Shown here in pieces: positions 51,355 to 61,978 of a DNA stretch of 64,000 bases (the first letter of the stretch is position 1; every line of letters starts with the position of its first letter). This stretch comes from a plasmid: sequence record NZ_CP104589.1; one strand, given 5' to 3'. A program made the position numbers and the translations under genes. The notes under the pieces are model-generated. The model ran no database searches, had not been told where the DNA came from, and saw only the letters and a list, made by a program, of their open reading frames with translations.

Positions 51355-52476
51355 CTACTTAGCTAAGGTTACGAGGCGCTCAAGAATCTCGCCAAAGACA
51401 GAGCGCATCGCACCTGCAGAGTTATCAGATGCTCCCTTCCAGGTGAGGAGCGGAAGGCCTTGTTCCAGGGCCTTGGAGTAATCCTCGGAGTGGTAAAGCT
51501 TTCCCTCGGTTACCTTGCCAGGAAACATTTCTTCCAGGCGTGCCAGGTGGGCCATCGCACGGGGCCGGTTCTTGATGAACATCGTCGGTATTGCAGCAAC
51601 ATCCGGTGACCGCTGGTACTCCTCAACGAAGCTCTTGAGTTTAGTACCGAGGCGGGAGAGGGCGCGTGTGGAGAAACGATCCATCCGGATGGGGGACAGA
51701 ATCATGTCGCTTGCCACCAAGCTGTTGTGCGTCATCATCGAGCCGCTTGGGGCGTTGTCGATGATGATCACGTCATAGGGCCTCAAGTCAGCTTCTGGCA
51801 GCTCACCTTTGCGGCCCTTGCTGATGAACCGAGCATAGCGGAACTCGCGGTTAGCAGAAGCGTTCAATCCATCCTCAAGCTCTTCCAGGTAGATCTCTGC
51901 TGGGATGATGTGAGGGCCATGCTCGCCAAAAGGCTTCTTGATTATCTGGTCCAGGGTCAACTGCTCGAAGCGGGATTTAATCCCGGCCAGCAGGTTGCCA
52001 ATGCAGCCGCTCACGGCGCGGTCAGCAGGTATACCCAGATCAGCCAGTTCATCGGGCATCAGGTCTGGATCGTAACCGAGCATCTGGGTGGCATCGCCCT
52101 GGGGGTCGTTGTCGATGATCAGCACGCGCAAGCCCATGAATCCCAGGTAGATAGCCAGGTTGACGGCGTTGGTCGTCTTGGCCGTACCGCCTTTCTGCAC
52201 GAAGGTCGAGATCGTGACAGGGCGGCCAAGCGTCCGCGTCAGGCCTTTGGCTCTACGGATGGAGGCGATCAGGAAAAGATCGGCCGGGGTGTAAACCCTG
52301 CGAGGTACCGAGCCGCTGTTGATGCGGCGGATCTCGATACCTGGTTCATCCTCGACCGTCCTCAGGGCGCGGGTAGTGATGCCCAGGCAATCGGCGGCGA
52401 ACTGCGGGGAGTAATAGAGGGTGTCGTACTCAGGATATGGCTGCGATTCGTATTCCATGGCAACTCCAGTGCTCAT
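51355..52476 (-). CDS. parA: partition ATPase ParA, type Ia with N-terminal extension (373 aa)
   Basis: deviant Walker A KGGTAKTT, then IIDNDPQGD..., D..IIIDNAP. Confidence 0.9.
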   Translation of the reverse strand: MSTGVAMEYESQPYPEYDTLYYSPQFAADCLGITTRALRTVEDEPGIEIRRINSGSVPRRVYTPADLFLIASIRRAKGLTRTLGRPVTISTFVQKGGTAKTTNAVNLAIYLGFMGLRVLIIDNDPQGDATQMLGYDPDLMPDELADLGIPADRAVSGCIGNLLAGIKSRFEQLTLDQIIKKPFGEHGPHIIPAEIYLEELEDGLNASANREFRYARFISKGRKGELPEADLRPYDVIIIDNAPSGSMMTHNSLVASDMILSPIRMDRFSTRALSRLGTKLKSFVEEYQRSPDVAAIPTMFIKNRPRAMAHLARLEEMFPGKVTEGKLYHSEDYSKALEQGLPLLTWKGASDNSAGAMRSVFGEILERLVTLAK

Positions 52477-52647
52477 TTATCAGCTTTGACGTGTCCCAAT
52501 TAAAGCAAAACATTTCTTCTGCGTCATGTTTTGAGCCGAATTCACAAGCTAAACCGGACATGGGGCTGAGCAGAGGAGGGGTAGGGCAGGGTGACAGGCA
52601 AAAAAAACCCCGCTCAAGGCGGGGGGCTCAATGGTGCATTGCACAAA

Positions 52648-52992
52648 CTAGATGACCTGGTGGTCTGGCGGTACCAGGGTGATCAGGCCGCGCCGGTACT
52701 GGGCGGCTTGATTGGAAGAGATATGGCCGAGGCTCTTCAGGGTTTCAAACACGTCGACCGCATAGCGCATAGCATCATCGTCGGTTGGGTGATGGTCAAT
52801 CACCGCGACCGGGAACGCCGCGTTTCCTTTAGCCTGAATGGCCATGGCTACCGTTTGCATTGACCAGCCTAGAGGCGTTTCGACGGGCTCGATGGTCAGT
52901 CTTGCGACGCGCACAACATCACCAGATTTGATCATGTCGATAAGGCGCAGTGCCTGCGGCGACTGGTCTTGATGGATGCGGTTAGATTGCAT
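52648..52992 (-). CDS. hypothetical protein
   Basis: ORF followed by a terminator on the minus strand. Confidence 0.4.
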   Translation of the reverse strand: MQSNRIHQDQSPQALRLIDMIKSGDVVRVARLTIEPVETPLGWSMQTVAMAIQAKGNAAFPVAVIDHHPTDDDAMRYAVDVFETLKSLGHISSNQAAQYRRGLITLVPPDHQVI

Positions 52993-53265
52993 AGAGCCTC
53001 ACTTTAACAGCGCGGGCCAGAAAAAGCGTTTCAGCTCAGACGTTTACCCGCTGGATGTCGTCACTGTATCAGTGCTTGAACTGATCCCAAGTGCCTAACT
53101 TGCAGGAATGTGGTCAGGTTTTGATATCGCGAGCGGAATCGTAACGCTTCGTATAATCAACATTATGTTAAAGAAAGTAGTGACCTAATAATTAGGGCGC
53201 TACCATCGGGTTGGGATTCTTCCAGCGCATGGCAAGGTATCCTCAGTCCCATGGAGGAACCCCGA

Positions 53266-54770
53266 TGTCTTTTCCCTTTACGCACGAGCAGCTGCCTGCG
53301 ATCAATTCACTTGCGCGCCTGGTCCGATTGATCGCGTTCGCCGGCACGGGCAAAACAACGACGCTGGTTGGCTATGCGCAAGCCCGCCCTCAGCTGCGCA
53401 TCCTGTACCTGTGCTACAACAAGTCCGTGGAGGTGGAAGCAAAGAAAAGATTTCCGCCTGGGGTGGTTTGCAAAACCTCTCACGGCTTGGCCTACGCGGC
53501 GTTCGGCGCCAAGTACAAGCACAAGCTGGCCACGAACATCCGGTTGACCGATGTCGCACGGATTATTTCCAGCCAGAACTGGGATCTGGTGCGTAGCGTG
53601 CTCGATACCCTCAACGCTTTCCTGGCCAGCGCTGATCAAGAGATAGACCTGTGCCACGTTCCCGTCGAGCGCCTGCGCACCGAGCGGATGAAGCGCGCCG
53701 CCGGCAACATCGTCACCAGCGCCCGCTTGCTCTGGGCACGGATGTGCGACATCAACGATACAGAAGCAAGGATTGGCCATGACGGGTACCTAAAGGCATA
53801 TGCACTTACCCGCCCTGATCTGACTGGACGTTTCGATGTCGTGATGGCTGATGAGGCGCAGGACATTAACCCCATGCTTGCCGGCCTGCTGGAGGATCAA
53901 GCCTCCTACGGTATGGGTGTGGTCGTGTGTGGGGATGGCCACCAGATGCTTTACCGCTTCCGTGGTGCCGTCGATGCCCTTGAGGCGGACTGGCTGGAAC
54001 AGGCTGAAACGCACTACCTGACGCAAAGCTTCCGCTTTGGCCCGGCCGTGGCCACCGTGGCCAACATGCTGCTGCACTTCAAGGGTGAAACCCGTCCCCT
54101 GGTTGGGTTGGGTGAGGCTACCCGCGTTGGCAAGCGCCTTCCAGAAGACCTGGAGCACCGCACTATCCTTTGCCGCACGGTTATCGGCGTGATCGAGACT
54201 GCGCTGTTGGCACAAGCTGAGGGCGAGAAAATCTACTGGGTTGGCGGTATTGATGCCTACAACCTGCAGGACATCGAGGACGTTCACTCACTCCACCGCA
54301 ACCGGCGTGACCTGGTTAAGGGAAAGCGTCTGCTGCAGGAGTATCCGAATTTCGACCTATACAAGGAGATCGCCCAGGAAAGCGAAGACAGTGAAATGCA
54401 GCGCACGATTCGCATCGTCGAACAATACAGCCGCACACTGCCCGAGTTGTTCGCCAAGCTTCGCCGCTCTGCTGTTACTGATGAGCTGGAGGCCACCTTG
54501 TCGGTGAGCACTGCGCATCGTTGCAAGGGGCTTGAGTGGGATTATGTGGAGCTGGCCGGCGACTTCCAGTTCGAGCCGTTCAACCCGGAAAACACCCGTG
54601 AGCAGTTCGAGGATGAGATGAATCTTCTCTACGTTGCCAGCACCCGTGCGATGAAGATGCTGGCGATCAACGGGCCTGTTCTAGAGGTGATGCAGGAGTT
54701 CGTAGATCGGCGCGATGGGCGCAAACCGGATGTCCCCCTGGTCTTCAAGCCAGACCGGAAGGCCGCCTAA
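53266..54770 (+). CDS. UvrD/Rep-like superfamily-1 DNA helicase (501 aa)
   Basis: Walker A AFAGTGKTT, DEAQD, QSFRFG, TAHRCKGLEWD, VASTRA. Confidence 0.8.
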
Positions 54771-54839
54771 GGCCAGGGTTGGGATTTTCGTGGCCGGGCG
54801 TAGCGTGGTGATTCATCAGTCGCACGCCCGGAGCCTTGC

Positions 54840-55148
54840 ATGCCCAAGCCATCCATCACCGTTATCACTTCCTGCCGCCTTGAGCTGAAACTTCAGCCCG
54901 TGCCGATGCCTATCATGCCCAGCTCAAACAGCGAGGCCTGGTTGGCATTCACCAAGCGCGGCGAGCCCACCTATAGCTTTCCTCTCGCGCTCGATGAGGT
55001 GGCTCGTATCCAGGAATTCATGCTCGAAAACTCGACTGAATGCCTGAGCGACGGTAACCGTAACTACACCGTCTACGGCAGAGCCCTCGTGGGATGCCAT
55101 CCAGAAGCGATTACGCGTGAAATGGTGCGTAGATATGAGCTCGCCTGA
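54840..55148 (+). CDS. hypothetical protein
   Basis: ORF. Confidence 0.4.
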   Translation: MPKPSITVITSCRLELKLQPVPMPIMPSSNSEAWLAFTKRGEPTYSFPLALDEVARIQEFMLENSTECLSDGNRNYTVYGRALVGCHPEAITREMVRRYELA

Positions 55149-55551
55149 GTTCATTGCCCTGGAGGCCCTCCAGGCGCTCCTGAGGGGCATGGAAGGCGAT
55201 CTGCCTGCTGACGCCCTGGCTTCGGTACAAATCACGCGGTCGCGGCTTGATGGGGCATCCAGCGACTTTGCTCGCGGCCTTGTGGTTATCGAACTGCCTT
55301 CGCAGTACGGCACACTGGTTGTTCGTTCGGGTTGGGAAGCCCGCCGCCAACCTTTGCCAGCTCATGACTGGTATGTCCTGCCAGTTGCCGATGCCAAGGG
55401 TGAAGGCGTGAGCACTACGCTACCGGTTTTCGATGAGGATGCCCTTTGCCCAGCTGCAGGCGATGAGCTTGCCCAGCTTGCCTGGGATTTCTGTTCCTAC
55501 CTGGATCTACATTCCCTGGTCCTGCCGCACCTGCCGAAGGCCCCGGCTTAG
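55135..55551 (+). CDS. hypothetical protein
   Basis: start overlapping the upstream stop. Confidence 0.4.
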   Translation: MSSPEFIALEALQALLRGMEGDLPADALASVQITRSRLDGASSDFARGLVVIELPSQYGTLVVRSGWEARRQPLPAHDWYVLPVADAKGEGVSTTLPVFDEDALCPAAGDELAQLAWDFCSYLDLHSLVLPHLPKAPA

Positions 55552-55612
55552 CGCCTCTTGGGTTTCTCCTGGCGTGCGCCACGATGTCGCCACGACAACC
55601 AGGAGTAACCCT

Positions 55613-56302
55613 ATGCAAGTCACTACTTCCACCATTCAGATCCACGCTCTGCCTAACAAGCCTGCCATCCAGCTGCACGAGCATGATCGGGAGCTGGTCG
55701 GTGTCTACGGCGTCGAGGTCGACGCAATGGACTACCCACTTCACCAGTCAACCGCTGCGCTCAATGCTTTCGCAGCGAATGTCGTGCTCACCCGCCCCGA
55801 TGACTTCTCCCTGCACGTCTTCGACCCGACCAAGAACGTCTGGTTGATGACGCCAGCTGACGAAGAAGTGTTTCCGAGCGACGGTGAGTTCACCGGCATG
55901 ATCGACGCCCCGCTGCTGCCCATTGGCTCCACGCTGACGAATCTCCGCGATGAACAGGACCATGATTGCGAGGACACTTTGCGCCTAACCCCGGCCGGGT
56001 CGCGCTGGTCAGTCCTCGATATCGACCGCGGCTCGATCAGTATCGGTTGCGAGGAATCCGGGGCGACAATTTTCGTCTCCGTTTGCCAGCTGGGCACCGA
56101 CTTCCTGATTGACAAGGGGTTTGCCGAGGACGCGGGCCTGCAGAGTGTTGAGCTGGAGGAGAAGTATTCCCCGGTTGGTGGCGGTGAGCACCCGATGCTG
56201 ACCCGCCTGATGTGGCGCGAGGCGGTGGCCAACGATGACACGATCAGCGGGTATTGGGCCTGGGTTGAATCCGAAATTGCCCAGGCGCATTGGGCCAAGT
56301 AG
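55613..56302 (+). CDS. hypothetical protein (229 aa)
   Basis: AGGAGT RBS; internal start of ORF 55433-56302. Confidence 0.45.
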   Translation: MQVTTSTIQIHALPNKPAIQLHEHDRELVGVYGVEVDAMDYPLHQSTAALNAFAANVVLTRPDDFSLHVFDPTKNVWLMTPADEEVFPSDGEFTGMIDAPLLPIGSTLTNLRDEQDHDCEDTLRLTPAGSRWSVLDIDRGSISIGCEESGATIFVSVCQLGTDFLIDKGFAEDAGLQSVELEEKYSPVGGGEHPMLTRLMWREAVANDDTISGYWAWVESEIAQAHWAK

Positions 56303-56386
56303 GAAAAGCAGCCAGTTTGGTTGTTTCCAGGCGAATCTGACTCCATCTTGAATGACGCCCGGCACGGAGCCGGGCAAGGAGAAATA

Positions 56387-56797
56387 ATGCATCGACCAAA
56401 ACTGGGGCTTGTTGCCCTCGCCCTACTTCCAACGCTGGCAGCCTGCAGTGCCGCTCAATCCGACCCTGTTCCTTACCCTGCGGAAGATGGCGCCTACTAC
56501 CAGATCTATGAGCAAGACGGCGCTACCGTCCTGCAGGTGGCGCGTGTATCAAACGGCAAGACTGTAACCGTCCAGGGTGAGCTTCCGGCGGGTGCCAGTC
56601 TCGGCTCTCCGACAGTCCCTGTGCGCGTGTCGCTGGGCGCATGCGGGCCCTACAACGTCATCAATGCCACGCATGCCTCTGCGAATCCTCTTGGCCTGGA
56701 CGAGCATCGCTTGATGCTGGTCGAGGCGGTGGCCGGCGGCAGCGGGAATTGCGAGATTACGCCGATGCCATCTTCGGTATTGCGCGTCGGTGCGTAA
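56387..56797 (+). CDS. lipoprotein (lipobox LAAC)
   Basis: AAGGAGA RBS; signal peptide followed by Cys. Confidence 0.5.
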   Translation: MHRPKLGLVALALLPTLAACSAAQSDPVPYPAEDGAYYQIYEQDGATVLQVARVSNGKTVTVQGELPAGASLGSPTVPVRVSLGACGPYNVINATHASANPLGLDEHRLMLVEAVAGGSGNCEITPMPSSVLRVGA

Positions 56798-56943
56798 GTT
56801 CAAATCAAAAGCACAGCCCGCCTTCTGGCGGGTTTTCAATCTTGGCTGAGCTGGCTCAGGTAGAACTGACTAGGGCCGGCGAAATCAGCCAGAAACTCAG
56901 CTACTGGCGTTCCCTCGCCGGTCGCAACTGACCCCTCCTCTCC

Positions 56944-57675
56944 TCAGGCGGACAAGGCTACAGGCTCGTCCGCCTGACCATTCCCTCGCTTGCCGCCAAA
57001 GACAGTCTTCGGCGTTTCCAGCAGCGCCGGCCGGGCATAAACGTAGCCCTGGTACCAGGCGGTGTTTTTCACCGGCGACAGCACATCGAGGTCACGGAAA
57101 GACTCAAGCTTCTCCATGATCAGCTGAATCCCATGATCTCGCGCATAGCGGATAGCCTGGTCGAGCCAGTTCAGATTGCTCTGTTCCTGGAGCGCCGCCA
57201 GGTCGATCTTGCAGTAGCGCCAAGGGTGGATTTCAAGCCGATTCTGAACGGCATGGTCGCGACCATAATCGTCAATGGCGACCTGGGCCCCGGCGAATTC
57301 GATCTCCTTGAGCTTGTTGACCAGCTGCTTGCCAGCCACAGCACTTTTCTCTGGGATCTCGATCACCAGGGGGCCAGAGCGTGAATCAACCTGCTGGGCA
57401 ATCTGTTTGCAGAATGACGCCAGGTACTGATCATTCTCCAGGGTGGCTGGGGAAATGTTGACGAAAGTTGGACCCTTCGCCGCCCGGAGCACAGGCGAAG
57501 TGCCCACCATCTTCAGCACTTCGATATCGAGTGCATACCACGACTCCGGGGAGCACCCATGCATAAAGGCATGCGGGGTAAGAAGCTGGCTGCCTATGTG
57601 AAGCCGCGCCAGAACCTCTGAGGCGACGCTAGTGCCGTCCAGGGTATGTACCGTTTGACTCGCAATCCTAAGCAT
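56944..57675 (-). CDS. EAL-domain protein (putative c-di-GMP phosphodiesterase, stand-alone)
   Basis: EIPE...QVAIDDYG...CKIDL...QLIMEKLE motifs. Confidence 0.8.
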   Translation of the reverse strand: MLRIASQTVHTLDGTSVASEVLARLHIGSQLLTPHAFMHGCSPESWYALDIEVLKMVGTSPVLRAAKGPTFVNISPATLENDQYLASFCKQIAQQVDSRSGPLVIEIPEKSAVAGKQLVNKLKEIEFAGAQVAIDDYGRDHAVQNRLEIHPWRYCKIDLAALQEQSNLNWLDQAIRYARDHGIQLIMEKLESFRDLDVLSPVKNTAWYQGYVYARPALLETPKTVFGGKRGNGQADEPVALSA

Positions 57676-57714
57676 TGGTGGTCACCTCGTAGTGGTTGAT
57701 TCGGTGGTGGACAT

Positions 57715-58683
57715 TCATCTGCAGTTCCCTGCCAGGCGGAAGCCGGCGGCCTCGGCCTCCTGGGCTGAGCCGAAGGTCACTCGATTGGCCGGGCTGACCT
57801 TGCTGTAGCTCGGGCACCCCGTGGGCAGGTGGAAAACCCCGCTGTTGCGGTTGCCGATCACCATTCCCTGGCTGGGGCTCTGGTCGGCCTTGGCTATGCG
57901 CTGCATGGCTGAGGGGGATGATTTCTGCTGGGCGCTGATTGCTCTTAGGCCATCGGCGGACGGTCGCTGCCCGATTGACCAGGTGCGCTCACCAGTAACG
58001 TAGGGGTTTGAGTGCCCCATGATCCGAGCAATGCGTCGGTCGCGCTCCAGCTCCCAGGTCGACACGGGATACTGCCGATCCCAGGCGGAAAATATCTGCT
58101 GCTGCTGGCGGGACATGTTGAGGCCGTACCAGTCGTGCATGTAGAACTGCACGCGGGCTACCAGACCTTTCGCCTCATCACGGGGTTCTGCTGCGCGCTG
58201 CTTGAAATCCACGCGGGTACGGCAGGCGCCGTATTGGTAAGTCGTAGAAGTGAGCTGGGTCAGACGAAAATTGGAGCGATCACCATTAACCTCGCCAACG
58301 ACTGGGGTTATGTTATGAGCATCTGCCTCCATTACGCGAAATACTGGGTCGGTGGCGACACAGTTCTGCCGTCCACCGCTTTGCCAGCACTGACGCTGAT
58401 GGCCAATCACCCACGCGGACGTGATGTGTTCCCACTCTATTCGCTGTGCGCGTATAGGCTGTGCGCGTACCTCATAGCCGCATGCACCAAGATTCACCCG
58501 GCCACCTGATCGACCGACCCACTGCCAGGGACAGCCGCAGTAGGTGTCACCGGCTTGGCTGCGGTCGAAGTAAACCTTCTGGCGCAACTCTCCCTTAGCC
58601 TGCTCGAAGGATGTCGGGGCTGCGCTGGCGGCGATGGAAATGGCCGCAGGGAGCGTGGCCAGAATGAGGGGGAGAATTTTCAT
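57715..58683 (-). CDS. endA: secreted endonuclease I family nuclease (EndA/Dns-like) with a C-terminal helix-hairpin-helix-like tail
   Basis: signal peptide; YCGCPW...EWEHI... matches the endonuclease I pattern. Confidence 0.8.
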   Translation of the reverse strand: MKILPLILATLPAAISIAASAAPTSFEQAKGELRQKVYFDRSQAGDTYCGCPWQWVGRSGGRVNLGACGYEVRAQPIRAQRIEWEHITSAWVIGHQRQCWQSGGRQNCVATDPVFRVMEADAHNITPVVGEVNGDRSNFRLTQLTSTTYQYGACRTRVDFKQRAAEPRDEAKGLVARVQFYMHDWYGLNMSRQQQQIFSAWDRQYPVSTWELERDRRIARIMGHSNPYVTGERTWSIGQRPSADGLRAISAQQKSSPSAMQRIAKADQSPSQGMVIGNRNSGVFHLPTGCPSYSKVSPANRVTFGSAQEAEAAGFRLAGNCR

Positions 58684-58859
58684 CAGGGGCTGGCGTGTTT
58701 GATTTCACGCCATGCTACTGAGTGAAAACCGGCTGATGGGGGCTAATTCAACCGGTTTATGGTCAGGTTTAGGATTTTGCTCAGGTCGCGCTGCTGAGCA
58801 TTGCGCTGATCTTGTTGTAGCGCAGGCGTAGGTACAGATTCCCTCGCCGTTGAGCTCAA

Positions 58860-60415
58860 CTTTGCAGGTCAGATGTGGGTTTCGGCAAAGCCGGGCAGGT
58901 TCCAAGTGCCTGCATCCGAGTCCAGCTCGTCATCGCAGGCAGCTTCCACCAGCCCCGCATGAGCGGCTTCAAGCTTGACATCCTCCCCGGCCTCTCGCTT
59001 CGCTCGCAGCAAGCTGGAAGGCCGGGGATTCCTACGGCGCTAGGCGGCTTTCGCCGCGTCGTCGCTTCGGTGGGTTCCTGCTGCTGACGGCCTGACAGCG
59101 CCGTTCACTCCACAGGCGATCCGGGCATGGTCCTGCCCTTCGAGCAGTTTCAATCCGCGCTCACGGATGTTTTTCGCAGCCACTGTGTCGGCATTCTCGC
59201 GGTGGCGGCAGGCCAGGCACAGGAAAACGGCCTGACTCTGGCGGTTGTCGGCATGTGTGAAGCCGCAGGCCGGGCATTCCTGACTGGTGCGATGCGGCGG
59301 GACCGCTTCCAGCCAGCCACCTTCCCAGGCGGTCTTGTAGTCGAGCTGGCGGGCGAACTCGCCCCAGCCCTGATCCAGGATCGAGCGGTTGAGCCCGGCC
59401 TTCTGCCGAACCCGGCTGCCGGGTTGCTCGGCGGTGCCGCTGGCCGAACGGGTCATGCTGGCTACCTGGAGGTCTTCGACGATCACCAGCGCGTGGCTTT
59501 TGCTGATGGCGGTCGTCGCTTTGTGCAGGTAGTCGGCTCGGGCGTTGGCGATCTGGCGCTGGATGCGCTGAACCCCATCCTTGGCCTTGAGCCAATTGCG
59601 GCTGTGCTTGGTCTTGCGGGCCATCTGCCGCTGGGCCTTGGCCAGTCGGTGCTGGTGGCGGGCGAAGGTGTTGAGTGGTTCCAGCACCGTTTCCCGCTCC
59701 CCATCCCAGAGGGTGGCGAAGCGCACCACGCCGAGGTCGATGCCAACCGCGAGCGGGGCGGCGTGCAGCGGCACCGCCACTTCTCGCTCCGTCTGGATCG
59801 AAACGTACCAGTGGCCGGCGCTCAGGCTGACCGTGACGTTCTTGAGGGTGCCGAGCACCTGCCGGCTGTTTCGGTAGCGCAGCCAGCCCAGCTTGGGCAG
59901 GAAAATCCGGTTGTTGCCCTGGTCGAGCTTGAACTGCTTGGAGTCGGGGAAGCGGAAGCTGTCGTGCAGGCCGCGCTTCTTGAAGCGGGGGAAGTCGGCA
60001 CGCTTCTCGAAGAAATTCTGGTAGGCCTGGTCGAGGTCTTTGAGGGCGTGCTGCAAGGGATGCACCGGGGCAACCTTCAGCCAGGGCGCCAGCCGCCCGG
60101 AGGGCAACAGCGCACCGTTGCGCCAGGCTGTGAGTTGCTTGGCCATCGCCACATAGCCGATATATTTGCCGCCGTCTTCGCGGTTTCTCTGCTGCAACGT
60201 CAGCGCCTCATTGAACACGCAGCGGCAGGCTCCGGCGAACTGTCGCAGCTTGCGCTGCTGTTCGCCGGTTGGCTCGATGCGGAACTTGTAGGCTTGGCGT
60301 CGGAGCATAGAAATACTGTCTATCTGTACAGTTTTGATTATAGGACCGCTTCGCGGCCCGCGCTATCCTTCCCCGCACTAGAAGTACGGGGTCTGCCGCG
60401 CAGAGCGATCAGATT
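58860..60415 (-). mobile_element. IS200/IS605-family TnpB-only element (IS1341-type); boundaries approximate
   Basis: a subterminal hairpin CCCCGcactagaagtACGGGG near 60370 and GC-rich hairpins 58900-59040 flank tnpB. Confidence 0.5.
59040..60308 (-). CDS. tnpB: TnpB (OrfB) RNA-guided nuclease-type transposon protein, 422 aa
   Basis: MLRRQAYKFRIEPTGEQQRKLRQFAGACRCVFN...; C-terminal zinc finger CPACG...CLAC; RuvC-like motifs. Confidence 0.9.
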   Translation of the reverse strand: MLRRQAYKFRIEPTGEQQRKLRQFAGACRCVFNEALTLQQRNREDGGKYIGYVAMAKQLTAWRNGALLPSGRLAPWLKVAPVHPLQHALKDLDQAYQNFFEKRADFPRFKKRGLHDSFRFPDSKQFKLDQGNNRIFLPKLGWLRYRNSRQVLGTLKNVTVSLSAGHWYVSIQTEREVAVPLHAAPLAVGIDLGVVRFATLWDGERETVLEPLNTFARHQHRLAKAQRQMARKTKHSRNWLKAKDGVQRIQRQIANARADYLHKATTAISKSHALVIVEDLQVASMTRSASGTAEQPGSRVRQKAGLNRSILDQGWGEFARQLDYKTAWEGGWLEAVPPHRTSQECPACGFTHADNRQSQAVFLCLACRHRENADTVAAKNIRERGLKLLEGQDHARIACGVNGAVRPSAAGTHRSDDAAKAA

Positions 60416-60655
60416 CGCGAAAGCCACCATTTGATCGGCGGTCTGCTCGATGCGCTCCACCAACTCCGTTACCGTCAGGTTCCGGTAATCGGGGTTGATA
60501 GGGAAATCGCGCACTTCACTCGCCAAAAGGCAATTGCCCTCGCTGGATAGTGTTTTCAGGCGCGGGTAAACCTCGTCCGCGTCGTAATTCAGTAGTTGGC
60601 CATCTACAAAATGGGTAGCTGATAGGGTCAATGCGCGGGCAAGTACGTGGCTCAT
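60338..60655 (-). pseudogene. hypothetical protein, possibly HEPN-like; 3' end appears to be provided by the IS605-family element's left end
   Basis: the ORF runs into the IS left-end hairpins; weak RN..V.E..ERI similarity to the HepT motif. Confidence 0.35.
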
Positions 60656-60734
60656 GGTGCCTTCCTCTGTTTTCGATATGAGGTCAGCATCACACGGGCT
60701 GCAGGAAACCCAACCCTACTTCACCAGAATCTTG

Positions 60735-61121
60735 TCAGATAGATTGGTTGCTGCTGGCCGCTGCGCGGCCTGGAAGCAGGGCATTGAGGGCCGCGCAGAC
60801 TTCTTCGATTCCTGCCTGGTGATTACCTTCTTGCAGCTGGTAATCGCCCTTGTCGCTGACGCCGATCACAACCCATTCCAAGCCGCCGAAGTAGCCAAGG
60901 CAGTAGTGGTTCTGGTTAAGGTCATGGTCGGTGGGTACCAGGGCGGCCAGTTCAGCGTCCTGGTCGTGGATGACAGCGAGGCCCGGCGGGTTGCCGTTGT
61001 CGAATGCGTGGGCCTGCAGAAGCTCCTCATCCTGGTCGGGGTGAATCGCGAGGTGCAGCACCTGAGGTTCATCGTCGTACACAACACGAATGACACGGCG
61101 GACTTCAAAGCTGGTGAATTG
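60735..61121 (-). CDS. hypothetical protein (128 aa)
   Basis: ORF; internal start MQFTSF. Confidence 0.4.
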   Translation of the reverse strand, partial: QFTSFEVRRVIRVVYDDEPQVLHLAIHPDQDEELLQAHAFDNGNPPGLAVIHDQDAELAALVPTDHDLNQNHYCLGYFGGLEWVVIGVSDKGDYQLQEGNHQAGIEEVCAALNALLPGRAAASSNQSI

Positions 61122-61194
61122 CATTAGGGCTCTCCTTGAGCTGGTTTCTGCATTCACCTTATCGCGGCTCTAGAGGAACCCAAGCGCCCACGCC

Positions 61195-61482
61195 CTACTC
61201 TTCGCGTTCTGCCTGCATGTCCTGCTCGATGGCCCTGATGTCCGCGTCCAGCGAGCTGGCTGCGGCCTTGAGTTGCGCAATTCGCTCGGTTTTGAGGCGG
61301 ATAATTTCATCCTGGAATTTGGCGTACTCGCTGGCCTGAATCCGGTCCAGGTCATAGAGGGCTGCCAGATAACCTTCTGCCGCACGAGCACTGAGGCGGG
61401 CACCAACATCGCTGTCGGCCTCCCGGATTAGGTCGACGTGCATCGAGAGGAAGGCTGTTTTGGGGTCGCGAGAGAGGGTCAT
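61195..61482 (-). CDS. hypothetical coiled-coil protein
   Basis: ORF. Confidence 0.4.
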   Translation of the reverse strand: MTLSRDPKTAFLSMHVDLIREADSDVGARLSARAAEGYLAALYDLDRIQASEYAKFQDEIIRLKTERIAQLKAAASSLDADIRAIEQDMQAEREE

Positions 61483-61584
61483 GGTGTCCTGGTCAGCTGT
61501 GCAAGGAGGTCAGAAAGGAGGTCGATTTGAGCTTGTGATAGCTGCTGAGTCTCCCCATGGATAAATCCAGGGGCTTGCGCGGCT

Positions 61585-61833
61585 CTATTGGTCAGGGTCG
61601 CCCAGGGCGGCGACCGAAAAGTAGCACCGGCACGCCTCGCAAGCCTCGTGCCCCTCGTCTACCCATCCGCGCACCTGGTCGGGCCAATCGTAAACCCCAC
61701 CAGGGGCGCACATCGGGCACGGCCTGCACTCGGACACAGCATTAAGAAGGCGACGGGCGCGAGCGGTGCCGGTAGGCCAATCATCGCCAGGTAGGGCCAG
61801 CGCGGCGACCTGGGCGGGAGTCGGCTCGATCAT
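61585..61833 (-). CDS. small Cys-rich protein
   Basis: CRPCPMCAPGG...CEACRC. Confidence 0.35.
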   Translation of the reverse strand: MIEPTPAQVAALALPGDDWPTGTARARRLLNAVSECRPCPMCAPGGVYDWPDQVRGWVDEGHEACEACRCYFSVAALGDPDQ

Positions 61834-61978
61834 CGGGCGGGCTCCTTCACGATTTCCTCGGTATTCGTTATGGGCTCAGGTTCTCATGGGTTGGCAGAAA
61901 CCCAAGGCCATCGTCAGGCTGGCCGGCGGGTGCCGCCAGCCTGATTTCCCTCCTACCGGAGGCCGGAAGGGATGTCGA

